Assembly: GCA_015494465.1 (NCBI GenBank)
Contig: WGBD01000004.1
Location: 4,627 to 68,626 of the forward strand
Reading direction: 5' to 3'
From: Candidatus Omnitrophota bacterium
GTDB taxonomy: Bacteria > Omnitrophota > Gorgyraeia > S143-82
DNA length: 64,000 nt
Made by a program: the position numbers and the translations under genes
In this document: positions 48,164 through 58,237 of the stretch, piece after piece
How positions within the stretch are numbered: the first letter of the stretch is position 1
Layout: every line of letters starts with the position of its first letter
Notes under the pieces: generated by a model
What the model saw: only the letters and a program-made list of their open reading frames with translations
Database searches by the model: none
Told to the model about the DNA's origin: nothing

Positions 48164-49089
48164 TCGTCCTTTTTGGGGTTCTGTGTCTGGGACAAATAGA
48201 ACTCCAGGCGGACAGGATAGTGGCAGTGGTTGGCGATCAGGTGATCACCGAGTCGGATCTCAACAAGGTGGTAAAGAGCTGGGAGTACCAATTAAGATTG
48301 GAGGCCTCGGGGGTTGAATACCTTAAGCGCATCCAGGAGTTAAAGCGCGAGGCCTTGAAGAGGTTGATCGACGAGGAGCTCCTGTATATGGAGGCCTTAA
48401 AGGAGGGAATAACCGTTGATCCAGTTGCGGTGGAGCAGGAGATAGAGAAAATAAAGGCACGATTCCCCTCGGAAGAGGAATTTAAAGAATCTTTGAAGTC
48501 GGCTGGGATGACCCCGAAAGACCTCTACGATCAGATAGAGAAGAAGTTGATGGTGCGTAAGCTGGTGGAGAAAAAGATCCGGTCTAAGATCTACGTCAAC
48601 CCCGTGGAGGTGTTTAGGTATTTCCGATCCCATCGAGAGCAGTTTTGCCTTGTGAAGAGGGTAAAACTCGATTCCATCTTTATACCCGGCCCAGATGAAG
48701 GCGAGGACGAGATGGGGTTCTCTGCTAGGGTAATGGAAGAATATGTTAGGCTTACCAAGAACCAGACCACCTGGAAGGCTCTAAAGGACAAGTACGGCTC
48801 AGGTGCGATATCGGGCTGGAAGAGCCGGGAGGATCTCGCTCCCTCCATCGCAAAGGCCATATTTTCTCTGAAAGACGGCGTCTACCCTATGCCCGTGCGG
48901 GTATCAACCGGATACATGCTTTTTCGCATCGAGGAAAGGGACAAGGATTGTCCCCAAGATCTGAAATCCGCCAAGAAGGCAGTCTACAACTACTTGTTCA
49001 AGAAGAAGTTCGAGGAGAAGCTGAACGCATTCCTAGAAGATCTGCGCGGGAAGTACTTCGTAAAGGTCTACCAAGTATCAACGCAGTGA
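48118..49089 (+). CDS. SurA-like periplasmic chaperone/PPIase
   Basis: Signal peptide, DRIVAVVGDQVITESD SurA N-terminal domain, degenerate parvulin domain. Confidence 0.85.
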   Translation: MRIRAFDWCRGLAGVVVLFGVLCLGQIELQADRIVAVVGDQVITESDLNKVVKSWEYQLRLEASGVEYLKRIQELKREALKRLIDEELLYMEALKEGITVDPVAVEQEIEKIKARFPSEEEFKESLKSAGMTPKDLYDQIEKKLMVRKLVEKKIRSKIYVNPVEVFRYFRSHREQFCLVKRVKLDSIFIPGPDEGEDEMGFSARVMEEYVRLTKNQTTWKALKDKYGSGAISGWKSREDLAPSIAKAIFSLKDGVYPMPVRVSTGYMLFRIEERDKDCPQDLKSAKKAVYNYLFKKKFEEKLNAFLEDLRGKYFVKVYQVSTQ

Positions 49090-49184
49090 AGGGGATCGAA
49101 GAACAGATGGTTTTTGTTCCATGGTAAGAGATATGACTCAGGGTATATTCTTGATATACTTGGTAGTAGCAGGGAGGTAATCTT

Positions 49185-50870
49185 ATGCGAATCAAAAAAG
49201 TTGTGCCGATCCTATCCTTTCTAATTTTTCTATTTCCCGGCTTTCTCACTAAGGCAGGGCAGGTGGAACTGACCGGTATAGCAGTGGAAAATCCCATGGC
49301 CATGATTATCGAGATAGATGGACAAGGGGAATTAAGGCGAGAGGGACAGGTCTATCAGCCCATCATCAAGGCAGGGTTGGGATTCGAAAAGGGGGATGTA
49401 TTCGAGGTCCTGGATACGGACCCCACCAAGGAAGAATATGCGGTGATTCTACTCAACAGGGGAACCGATCCTTCGAGGGTAAGCCTAGTGAGGATCAGTG
49501 AGGGTGGGAGGATCGCATTTTTGGATGATGATGGGGAGTTCGCGGTGAGGGGGGTGTACATAGAATCGGATGATCCAAATAACCTATCGAGTTTTGTCTT
49601 TGACATTAGACACGCTACCGCTAACGAACCCTTTTTCGTGTGGACTCCGGATGTCGTATTGGGAGTGAGGGGTACATTCTTTGAGATCCGTCCAGCAAGT
49701 GATGCAGAGAAGTTTTCGACCGGCGTGATAGGGTATAATTCCGTCACTGGTGCAGAGCTCTCCACGATATCTGTGCCTTCTAACCAACAATGGGACCCGA
49801 ACGACCTAATCTTATACATGGTGAGATGGGAATCGATTGCCTCGCACTTTTCGTCTGGAAACTCCACGCTGGATTACAAGACCACCGCGGATAGGATAAA
49901 ACTGGCCTCGCTTATGATGGAAAACGAGTACACGAATCTGAAACACATCTTTTCCCCTGGCTTCCCACACGACTCGACTTCTACTCCTTTTTTTGCGCAG
50001 GCGGTGGGGAATTACTCCACCCTCCAGGGGAATCAATTGGGTAAGACGCTGGAGGAGATAGTTCAGGATGTAGTGAGTGCACACAACACATCCTCTTCAG
50101 ATCTTCCAGGGTATGTGGCTCGGTACCTTATCTGCTACATAGTGAAGGATGGGATAAAGAGATTCTTTTATCCCAATACCACCTGGTCGGATGTGACCGT
50201 GTTCTTCGACTTCTCTGGTTCGTTTGGGGGTGATAAGGTTAAGTGCGTTTGCCCTCCGTTTAGCTCCTCTCCTCCTTCGAACTGTTGTGATTGTAGTCCG
50301 CAACCTTGTTCATCGTCTATTTTATGTGAGTGTGGGGACGAAGGATTGTCACCACCCCCTCCACCTCCTAATTGCACCTGCTCACCGGATTCTGGTTCCT
50401 GTGTTTGTACCCCTTCTCCTTCACCCTACAAGTCTAGCACGGTACCTGTTCAGGTAACCGCTACCATATGTCTAGGTGGGTACTCAGATGGGGATAATTA
50501 TAAGATTTGGAATCTCGGTACAGTTAAGGTTAAGGTCTCCTCCGTCACCGATTTGCCTTGTTTGTTGTCGATACCTTCTTTGTCAAAGGACTTGCTGGTG
50601 CATGATTCCCTGCCTTCGGAAATCGTGTTGAAGGTGCGAATGGCCAGTCGTATTGGGCCAGCTAACGATTCCGTATCGGTTGAAGACGATGGTGCCTTTA
50701 GCTTGAGAAGGCCGGGCAAGATCGTTGCGGTGCACACCAGAGATGGTTGGGTCCTAGCCCACGATAGAGTTGTGAAGGCAGTGGACATGTTCCCCAAGGT
50801 TACCAAGGGGGAGCTTGAGGAGGTATGGAGTAGATTTAGGAATGATAAAGCGAGATTTTTGAGGCGTTGA
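49185..50870 (+). CDS. Secreted hypothetical protein with a FecR-like domain and a Cys/Pro-rich segment
   Basis: Signal peptide; VWTPDVVLGVRGTFFEI FecR-like motif; 12 Cys in about 55 aa; GGAGG SD. Confidence 0.7.
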   Translation: MRIKKVVPILSFLIFLFPGFLTKAGQVELTGIAVENPMAMIIEIDGQGELRREGQVYQPIIKAGLGFEKGDVFEVLDTDPTKEEYAVILLNRGTDPSRVSLVRISEGGRIAFLDDDGEFAVRGVYIESDDPNNLSSFVFDIRHATANEPFFVWTPDVVLGVRGTFFEIRPASDAEKFSTGVIGYNSVTGAELSTISVPSNQQWDPNDLILYMVRWESIASHFSSGNSTLDYKTTADRIKLASLMMENEYTNLKHIFSPGFPHDSTSTPFFAQAVGNYSTLQGNQLGKTLEEIVQDVVSAHNTSSSDLPGYVARYLICYIVKDGIKRFFYPNTTWSDVTVFFDFSGSFGGDKVKCVCPPFSSSPPSNCCDCSPQPCSSSILCECGDEGLSPPPPPPNCTCSPDSGSCVCTPSPSPYKSSTVPVQVTATICLGGYSDGDNYKIWNLGTVKVKVSSVTDLPCLLSIPSLSKDLLVHDSLPSEIVLKVRMASRIGPANDSVSVEDDGAFSLRRPGKIVAVHTRDGWVLAHDRVVKAVDMFPKVTKGELEEVWSRFRNDKARFLRR

Positions 50871-50895
50871 GTTGGCGTAGAGAGGATCGAGTAGA

Positions 50896-51261
50896 ATGTT
50901 TATGAGAAGAGATTCTGGATTGATAGTCTTTTCAATAGTTGTATCCCTCACGGTTATCGGAGGACTATTGGTGAGCGTGCTCTTGTATCTGGCTTCTTCC
51001 TACGGTAGATTAAGTGCAGCCGAGTGGAGGTCGGAAAGGCTCAAGTTCGTATACGAATCTGCCAAGGCCCGGGCGTGGTATGAGATAGTCACTAACCCCA
51101 ACCTGCAAGTCTTGGTGGCCAATGGAGAGGATTATGTAATAAGCGACTTCGTGGCGGAAGGGATACCGGTAGACATCGTGATAGGTCCGGATAAGAACCA
51201 CGATGGATTTTTTGATGTAGTTATCTTGTTTGACGACGGCTCCAACACCTCCATCCCGTAA
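50896..51261 (+). CDS. Small pilin-like (PilX-type N-terminus) hypothetical protein
   Basis: MRRDSG followed by a hydrophobic helix; DKNHDG loop. Confidence 0.6.
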   Translation: MFMRRDSGLIVFSIVVSLTVIGGLLVSVLLYLASSYGRLSAAEWRSERLKFVYESAKARAWYEIVTNPNLQVLVANGEDYVISDFVAEGIPVDIVIGPDKNHDGFFDVVILFDDGSNTSIP

Positions 51262-51282
51262 GGGTTGAAATCTTCCAACTTA

Positions 51283-51311
51283 TTGAACATCTTTCCCTGC
51301 TTTGGTAAAAT
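51283..51311 (+). promoter_or_regulatory. sigma70-type promoter for tRNA-Thr-rpsO-pnp
   Basis: TTGAAC-N17-TAAAAT with TG extension. Confidence 0.7.
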
Positions 51312-51324
51312 TTGAAGTTCGGAT

Positions 51325-51397
51325 GCCCACGTAGCTCAGCTGGCAGAGCAGCGGTTTCGTAAACCGCGGGTCGGAGGTTCGAATCCTCTCGTGGGCT
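51325..51397 (+). tRNA. tRNA-Thr(CGT), CCA not encoded
   Basis: GCCCACG/CGTGGGC; GCGGT-TTCGTAA-ACCGC; GGTTCGAATCC. Confidence 0.95.
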
Positions 51398-51407
51398 TTG
51401 TAAATCG

Positions 51408-51462
51408 TCGTTACCCTTGACGAAGGCACCTGAGGTGATATAATTAGTGCTCAGGATAGCGA
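51408..51462 (+). promoter_or_regulatory. Candidate S15 autoregulatory leader (three-way junction) overlapping a consensus promoter
   Basis: Helices TCGTTA/TAGCGA, CCTT/AAGG and CCTGAG/CTCAGG; TTGACG-N16-TATAAT at 51417-51444. Confidence 0.5.
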
Positions 51463-51487
51463 ACTATGGAAAGCAGGAGGTGGAGCG

Positions 51488-51757
51488 TTGGCATTGCTCA
51501 AAGACAGGAAGGCTGAGATTATAAAGGAATTTGGGGCTCACCCCAATGATACGGGTTCGGCTGCGGTCCAGATAGCGATATTGACTGAGAGGATCAATCA
51601 ACTCAACGAACACTTCAAGGTCCACAGGAAGGATCACCATTCGCGACTCGGTCTCTTGAAGTTGGTAAATCGCAGGCGGAACCTCCTTTCCTATCTCAAA
51701 AAGAAGGATCCCCAGAAGTACCAGGAAGTCATCTCTAAGTTAGGACTCAAGAAGTGA
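51488..51757 (+). CDS. rpsO: 30S ribosomal protein S15
   Basis: DTGS..VQIAILT and [11 protein letters not shown]; TTG start after GGAGG. Confidence 0.97.
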   Translation: MALLKDRKAEIIKEFGAHPNDTGSAAVQIAILTERINQLNEHFKVHRKDHHSRLGLLKLVNRRRNLLSYLKKKDPQKYQEVISKLGLKK

Positions 51758-53853
51758 GGGCCTCTCTGGAATTCACTACACATAAGGTAAGCCGAAAGTT
51801 AGGTCGGAACGAGCTCATCATAGAGACTGGTAAGCTCGCCCGCCAGGCAAACGGGGCAGTCTTGGTTAAGTATGGGGCGACAGCAGTTCTAGTAACCGCC
51901 TGCATGTCAATGGAGAGGCGCGAGGGGATAGACTTCTTTCCCCTCACCGTAGAATATCGGGAAAAGCAGTACGCCGCGGGCAAGATCCCGGGAGGATTCT
52001 TTAAGCGGGAGGGAAAGCCTACTGAGAAAGAGGTCCTTTCTTCAAGGTTGATAGACCGTCCGATCCGTCCACTGTTTCCCAAGGATCTGGTGAACGAGGT
52101 CCAGATCGTTGCTCAGGTCCTTTCCAGTGATCCCGATTACGATCCCGATGTCTTCGCCCTGATAGGGGCATCGGCTGCCCTGACTATTTCCAACATCCCC
52201 TTTAACGGGCCGATAGCTGGCGTTAGAGTGGGGAAGGTGGGATCCGAGTTCATATTGTTTCCTACCTACGACGAACAGGAGAACGGAGACATAGACCTGT
52301 GCGTGGCCGGATGGAATGACAAGATCGTTATGATAGAGGCGGGTAGTAGGGAGGTGGATGAGGAGACATTCGCTTCTGCCCTGGAGTACGCAAAAGGATT
52401 CTTCGAGGCCATTACATCCATGCAGGAGGAGCTGCGCAAACTAGCAGGCAAGCCTAAGACCTCTTACGAGCCGTTCGTAGTGCCTTCTGCCTTGGTTGAG
52501 GAGGCCCGCAAGAAATATCTTGACGATCTGTTGGACATCACCAAGACCCCGGAGAAGGAGGTCAGGATAGAGAAGTTCAACATCCTTGCCAAGCGGGCAG
52601 TGGAGGAACTGCTCAGCGAGGATTCGGAGTTTTCCGAGGCGGATGTGAGAAGGGCCCTTTCGGAAATAGAGAAGCAACTCGTCCGTTCGGCTATCTTGCG
52701 CGAACACAGGCGGGTGGACGGCAGGAGACTGGACGAGATAAGACCCTTGGCCTGTGAGGTCTCCATCCTGCCCCGGACGCACGGTTCCAGCCTGTTCACC
52801 CGAGGCCAGACCCAGAGCCTTTGTATAACCACCCTGGGCACCAAAGCGGATGAACAGATGATAGAAGGGCTGGAGGAGGAGAGTTTCAAGCACTTTATGC
52901 TTCACTACAGTTTCCCGCCCTTCAGCGTGGGGGAGGTCAAGCCCATACGCGGCCCGGGGAGGCGGGAGATAGGTCACGGGGCACTGGCAGAGCGGGCATT
53001 GAGGTACGTGATGCCCCCTAAGGAGGAATTCCCTTACACGGTGCGGGTGGTGTCGGAGATACTGGAGTCCAACGGTTCTTCCTCTATGGCAACTGCCTGC
53101 GCGGCGAGTCTGTCCCTGATGGATGCTGGTGTACCCATAAGGAAGCCGGTTGCAGGCATAGCCATCGGCCTTATAAAGGAGAGCGATACCGATTATGTGC
53201 TCCTTACCGACATCGCCGGTCTGGAAGACCACTACGGGGACATGGACTTCAAGGTGGCGGGTACCCGCGATGGGATAACCGCCATTCAGATGGACCTGAA
53301 GGTGGACGGCATCACGATGGAGATGGTCCGTTCGGCCCTGAATCTGGCCAAGAAGGCCCGGCTGGAGGTATTGGAGGTCATGGACTCGGTCCTCTCCAGT
53401 CCGCGTCCGGAGATATCGCCCTATGCACCAAGGGTCGCGGTGGTGGAGATACCGGAGTACAAGATCCGGGACCTCATCGGGCCCATGGGCAAGAACATCA
53501 AGAAGATCATCTCCGAGACCGAGGTAACCATTGACGTGGATCCCTCCGGGCAAGTTACGGTCTCTGCTCCCAACAACGAGGCCCTCAACCGGGCGTTGGA
53601 GATGATAGATGTGCTCACCAGTGAGCCGGAGGTGGGCAAGATATACGAGGTCAAGATTACCCGGATCGTAAACTTCGGTGCATTCTGCGAACTGCCTTCC
53701 GGCAGAGAGGGGCTCATACACATCTCCGAGATAGCGGATGCCTTCGTCTCCAACATCGAGGACTACGTAAAGGTGGGGGACCTCGTAAGGGCCAAGCTCA
53801 TAAAGATCGACGAACTCGGTCGTCTCAACTTTAGCCTGAAACAGGCTAAGTAA
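51754..53853 (+). CDS. pnp: Polyribonucleotide nucleotidyltransferase
   Basis: [54 protein letters not shown] and S1 domains. Confidence 0.98.
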   Translation: MRASLEFTTHKVSRKLGRNELIIETGKLARQANGAVLVKYGATAVLVTACMSMERREGIDFFPLTVEYREKQYAAGKIPGGFFKREGKPTEKEVLSSRLIDRPIRPLFPKDLVNEVQIVAQVLSSDPDYDPDVFALIGASAALTISNIPFNGPIAGVRVGKVGSEFILFPTYDEQENGDIDLCVAGWNDKIVMIEAGSREVDEETFASALEYAKGFFEAITSMQEELRKLAGKPKTSYEPFVVPSALVEEARKKYLDDLLDITKTPEKEVRIEKFNILAKRAVEELLSEDSEFSEADVRRALSEIEKQLVRSAILREHRRVDGRRLDEIRPLACEVSILPRTHGSSLFTRGQTQSLCITTLGTKADEQMIEGLEEESFKHFMLHYSFPPFSVGEVKPIRGPGRREIGHGALAERALRYVMPPKEEFPYTVRVVSEILESNGSSSMATACAASLSLMDAGVPIRKPVAGIAIGLIKESDTDYVLLTDIAGLEDHYGDMDFKVAGTRDGITAIQMDLKVDGITMEMVRSALNLAKKARLEVLEVMDSVLSSPRPEISPYAPRVAVVEIPEYKIRDLIGPMGKNIKKIISETEVTIDVDPSGQVTVSAPNNEALNRALEMIDVLTSEPEVGKIYEVKITRIVNFGAFCELPSGREGLIHISEIADAFVSNIEDYVKVGDLVRAKLIKIDELGRLNFSLKQAK

Positions 53854-53860
53854 TTGCGAG

Positions 53861-56140
53861 ATGTATGAACATCACAGAAGAGAGATCCTGGGCATATCCT
53901 TCCTGATACTCGGCCTTTTGATATTCGGAAGCGTGGTCTCCTTTTCCCCTCGAGATCTGCCTTTCCTTTCCTATCCTCCCGCGGTGAGCCTGCACAACTG
54001 GCTGAGCCATGTGGGGGTGTATCTGGGATTCCTCTTGAGGTTCTCTCTGGGATGGGCCTCCCTCATATTGCCTATTCTGGTCGTCTATTGGGGACTGGCC
54101 AGGCTGTTGAAACTGGACGAGAGGTGGGATTTTTACGTAAGTCCTTCCGCCTTGGCGGTGGCCTTCTTCGTTATGTTTTCTTCGCTCGTCTTGTCCCTTG
54201 CCTCTATGCGCATGGGGGATGTGGCCTCCTTCGGTATGGGAGGGCTTGTCGGGTACAGCATCGCCAGGTTCTTGCTGACCTATTTCGGGGTATTCGGGGC
54301 CTGGGTGATAGGGCTTGGGCTGTTGGCCCTTTCGTTCGTTATGGTCACCCACCTATCCATAGTGCGGGTGGCGGGATTCTTTTTGAGGCCGTTGTTGGCC
54401 TTTGCGAGGTTGTTGAAGAGGCTGCGGGGCGTATTTAAGAGGGAGAAACCCTCCCCCGTAAAAGAGACAGCTCGCGGGAGAAGACCCGCCCGCCAGAGTC
54501 CGGGACGCAGGGCCATATTGAGGGAATCTCAAAAGGGATTGTTTGAAGAGGAAGACGAGGCCAAGATAGAGGCCCTGGAGGAGGTTGAAGAGGAAGATGA
54601 GGACGAGGAAGAGGAGTTTGAGGAAGGGGCCGAAGAGGTTTCAGAAGAAGAGGAAGTTGAAGAGGAATTCGAGGTCCTCTCTTCCGAGGGGAAAAAGCTG
54701 TCCCCTCCCGAGGACAAAAAGGAGTACCTCCTGCCTCCTATAGATATCTTGGATGTGCCTATCCGCAACAAGGTGGAGAAAGAGGACATAGAAAAGAAGG
54801 CGCGCATAATCGAACAGAGCCTTGCAGAGTTCAACATCCCGGTAAAGGTGATAAATGTGGAGTCTGGTCCGGTCATCACTCGCTACGAACTGGAACCCGC
54901 ACCGGGAGTGAAGATTCAGAGGATAGTCAACCTTGCGGACGATCTGGCCCTGAACCTGAGGGCCAGTTCAGTGCGGATCGTTGCCCCGATACCGGGTAAG
55001 GGCGCGGTGGGCATAGAGGTGCCGAATACCCACAGGGAGGCGGTCTTTATCCGGGACATCGTGGCCTCTGCGGAGTTTGCGGAGATGGACTCGCCCCTTG
55101 CCTTGGGGTTGGGGAAGGACACCGCAGGCCATCCGGTGATCGCTGATCTCCGGGATATGCCTCACCTCCTCATAGCGGGCGCAACCGGGTCAGGTAAGAC
55201 GGTGTGCGTCAACGCCCTCATCGTCTCTATGCTGATGAAGGCCTCGCCGAGGGAATTGAGGTTTATACTGGTGGATCCCAAGATGGTTGAGATGACCCAG
55301 TACAACCGCCTTCCCCATCTGCTCTGTCCGGTGATAACCGAGGTGAAGGCAGTCTCCTCTGCTCTCAACTGGTTGATAGGGGAGATGGAGCGCAGGTATC
55401 AGGTCCTGGCCAAGGAGGGAGTGAGGAACATTCGCTTTTACAACCAGCGCCATAAGGACGATCCCCTGCCCTACATAGTGCTCATCATCGACGAGCTTGC
55501 GGACATAATGGCGGTTGCCCAGAGCGAGGTGGAGACGGGTATAGCAAGGCTTGCCCAGTTGTCCCGGGCGGTGGGGATACACCTGATACTGGCCACCCAG
55601 CGGCCGTCGGTGGATGTTATAACCGGAGTGATAAAGGCGAACTTCCCTGCGAGGATATCGTTTAAGGTGGCCTCAAGGGTGGACTCGAGAACGGTGCTTG
55701 ATTCCATAGGGGCAGAGAAACTCCTTGGCAAAGGGGACATGCTGTTTATGAGGCCGGGTGCAGTGAAGCCCCAGCGCATCCAGGGGGCCTATGTGCAGGA
55801 CAAGGAGATAGAGCGTATCGTGGACTACATATGCGCTCAGGCGGAGCAGGAATTCGACGAGTCGGTGATAAAGGCAGGGCACCGGGGACCGGGGCACATT
55901 GAGAAGGACGAGTTGTTCGATTCCGCGGTGGACATAGTCCTTTCCACAGGACAGGCCTCGGTGTCTATCCTCCAGAGGAGGATGCGTCTGGGATACGCTC
56001 GGGCTGCAAGGCTTATCGATATGATGGAGGAGGAGGGGATCGTCGGGCCTTATCGGGGGAGTCGGCCAAGGGAGATACTAATCGATAGGGAAGAGTGGTT
56101 GAGGCGCAGGAGGCTGGAGCAGGATGCCCAACAGAATTGA
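53861..56140 (+). CDS. ftsK: DNA translocase FtsK
   Basis: N-terminal TMs, acidic linker, MPHLLIAGATGSGKT, IDELAD, ATQRPSVDV, gamma domain. Confidence 0.96.
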   Translation: MYEHHRREILGISFLILGLLIFGSVVSFSPRDLPFLSYPPAVSLHNWLSHVGVYLGFLLRFSLGWASLILPILVVYWGLARLLKLDERWDFYVSPSALAVAFFVMFSSLVLSLASMRMGDVASFGMGGLVGYSIARFLLTYFGVFGAWVIGLGLLALSFVMVTHLSIVRVAGFFLRPLLAFARLLKRLRGVFKREKPSPVKETARGRRPARQSPGRRAILRESQKGLFEEEDEAKIEALEEVEEEDEDEEEEFEEGAEEVSEEEEVEEEFEVLSSEGKKLSPPEDKKEYLLPPIDILDVPIRNKVEKEDIEKKARIIEQSLAEFNIPVKVINVESGPVITRYELEPAPGVKIQRIVNLADDLALNLRASSVRIVAPIPGKGAVGIEVPNTHREAVFIRDIVASAEFAEMDSPLALGLGKDTAGHPVIADLRDMPHLLIAGATGSGKTVCVNALIVSMLMKASPRELRFILVDPKMVEMTQYNRLPHLLCPVITEVKAVSSALNWLIGEMERRYQVLAKEGVRNIRFYNQRHKDDPLPYIVLIIDELADIMAVAQSEVETGIARLAQLSRAVGIHLILATQRPSVDVITGVIKANFPARISFKVASRVDSRTVLDSIGAEKLLGKGDMLFMRPGAVKPQRIQGAYVQDKEIERIVDYICAQAEQEFDESVIKAGHRGPGHIEKDELFDSAVDIVLSTGQASVSILQRRMRLGYARAARLIDMMEEEGIVGPYRGSRPREILIDREEWLRRRRLEQDAQQN

Positions 56141-56963
56141 CGTCAAGGCCATCAGGGAGTCCAAGGGGATAACCCTGGATCAGGTCTTCGAGGACACCAA
56201 GATACCCAAGCGGGTGTTGGTGGCCATAGAGACCGGGGACTTTACCGACCTGTTCCTGAGCCCGGTATATGTAAAGGGGTTTGCCAAGAGTTATGCCCGC
56301 TATCTGGGGATAGATCCCGAGGAGCTGGTGGGCCAGCTATTTCCGGAGGCGCAGGAAAGGGGCGAGGAGAAGAGGGAGGTTCCCGCTCGATCCCGCCCTT
56401 CCAAACGGAATCGGGCGACGGAGATCCTTGAGGTCGTGCTGAGGCGGGTAAAGGAGGCTATCGCCTTCGTCATTGCCTGGATCTTGGGCCTGTTGGTGCA
56501 CACGGACAGGCGGGTGTTGACGGGTGTGGGGGTGGTGGTACTTGCGTTTTTCTTCTGGCTTATCATCCCTCACCGCAGTGTCCACGAGGTCAGGCAACCC
56601 CTTCCTGAGGTCTCTTTCCCTGCAAGGCAAAAGGCCTCTCTTCCAGCGGAGAAAGAGGAGGCCCCGCCGGCAGTCGTTAAAGAGGCCCCTGCCCCCAAGG
56701 GCGAGTTCTCCATCCTGGTAGAGGCCGGTGATGACTGCTGGATGCGGGTGAAGGCAGACGGTCTGGAGGTCTTTCGGGGTATCCTTAAGAAGGGCGATGT
56801 GGAGGAGTGGAGCGGGGAGAAGGAAATATCCCTCTGGGTGGGCAATGCCGGGGCGCTGAAGGTGACCTGTGGGGATAGACACTATACCCATCTCGGGCGT
56901 AAGGGCGAGGTCATAAAAGACATCGTCTTCCTGCCGGATTGCACCTACGAGATAAGGAGATGA
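56124..56963 (+). CDS. RodZ-like HTH-TM-DUF4115 protein
   Basis: N-terminal HTH (YVKGFAKSYARYLG), TM, C-terminal CWMRV...GNAG. Confidence 0.85.
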   Translation: MPNRIDVKAIRESKGITLDQVFEDTKIPKRVLVAIETGDFTDLFLSPVYVKGFAKSYARYLGIDPEELVGQLFPEAQERGEEKREVPARSRPSKRNRATEILEVVLRRVKEAIAFVIAWILGLLVHTDRRVLTGVGVVVLAFFFWLIIPHRSVHEVRQPLPEVSFPARQKASLPAEKEEAPPAVVKEAPAPKGEFSILVEAGDDCWMRVKADGLEVFRGILKKGDVEEWSGEKEISLWVGNAGALKVTCGDRHYTHLGRKGEVIKDIVFLPDCTYEIRR

Positions 56964-58237
56964 GGCCTACCTTCTCCGTCGTTACTCTGGGTTGTCCCCG
57001 TAATTACGTGGACAGTCAATATCTGGTGGCGAGGTACCTGCGCAAGGGCTGGGAATACACCTCCGATCCCTATTCTGCGGATTATGTGATTATTAACACC
57101 TGTGGGTTTATAAGGCCTGCGGTGGAGGAGTCGGTGAATACCATCCTTGAATTTGAAGATGCCCTGCGCTCAGGGAGGATAAAGGGCCTGTGGGTGGTGG
57201 GCTGTCTGGTAGAGCGCTGCGGAGGGGAGTTGAGGCGAGAGTTCCCGGATCTGCGGTTTGAAGGATGCGTTGACCCGAGGAGATTGGGAGAGGTGCCCCC
57301 GCTGGTCTTCGCAGAGGGGGGATATGCCTACGTGAAGATATGTGAGGGGTGCCTGAGCAGGTGCAGTTTCTGTACCATCCCCCGGATACGGGGGAGACTG
57401 CGTTCCCGGCCTATGGAGGAGATTATAGAGGAGGTCAGATACATAACCTCCCAGTTGGGCAAGTCCGAGGTGGTGTTGGTGGGGCAGGACACCACCGCCT
57501 ACGGTTGGGACCTCTACCGCCGTCCCATGCTTAAAGAACTTATTAAACAGATCCTAGCCCACACCGAAGTGCGCTGGCTCAGGTTGATGTACGCCTACCC
57601 GGGGAGGATAGACGAGGAACTGTTGGACCTCCTTGCCGTGGAGGAGAGGTTACTCAGTTATCTGGATGTGCCCATCCAACATGTGAACGAGCGGATCCTA
57701 AAGAAGATGGCCCGAGGGTACGGTAGGGCCGAAGTGGAAGATCTCTTTAGGATGGCAGAGGAGAGGGGTATAGGGATCCGCACGACGATTATAGTGGGAT
57801 TTCCGGGGGAAGGCAGGAGTGAGTTCGCGGAATTGAGGAGGTTTCTGGAAGGGCAAAGGGCCCTTATCCGGCTTGGGGTATTCAAATACTCTCCCGAGGA
57901 GGGGACACCTGCCTACAGGATGCGGGGCAGGCCGAAGGAGAGCACGGTACTGTCTCGCTACCGGAGGATGCGAAACCTCTCCCGCCAGGTCCTGAGACGG
58001 GTGGCGGAGGAGATGGCAGGCAGGGAGGTGGATCTGATAGTAGACGGCTACCTGCCGTCCGCTGGGTATTACCTTGCCCGGACCCGGTGGGATGCCCCAG
58101 AGGTGGACAATGTGGTCTTCCTGCGATCGGGGCGGGAACTCCTTTCCGGGGACATAATAAAGGCACACCTGGATATAATAAACGGGGAGTTGGTAGGTGA
58201 GGTGGCTGTGCAGGATACTGGACAGGATAGGGTTTAA
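56960..58237 (+). CDS. rimO: Ribosomal protein S12 methylthiotransferase
   Basis: LGCPRNYVDS, NTCGFI, CxxxCxxC, LMYAYP, DAPEVD; follows the rodZ-like gene. Confidence 0.92.
   Translation: MRPTFSVVTLGCPRNYVDSQYLVARYLRKGWEYTSDPYSADYVIINTCGFIRPAVEESVNTILEFEDALRSGRIKGLWVVGCLVERCGGELRREFPDLRFEGCVDPRRLGEVPPLVFAEGGYAYVKICEGCLSRCSFCTIPRIRGRLRSRPMEEIIEEVRYITSQLGKSEVVLVGQDTTAYGWDLYRRPMLKELIKQILAHTEVRWLRLMYAYPGRIDEELLDLLAVEERLLSYLDVPIQHVNERILKKMARGYGRAEVEDLFRMAEERGIGIRTTIIVGFPGEGRSEFAELRRFLEGQRALIRLGVFKYSPEEGTPAYRMRGRPKESTVLSRYRRMRNLSRQVLRRVAEEMAGREVDLIVDGYLPSAGYYLARTRWDAPEVDNVVFLRSGRELLSGDIIKAHLDIINGELVGEVAVQDTGQDRV

Noticed and set aside
49185-51397. Integrated element or diversity-generating retroelement at tRNA-Thr
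   Set aside because: No integrase, reverse transcriptase, template repeat or flanking direct repeat was seen.
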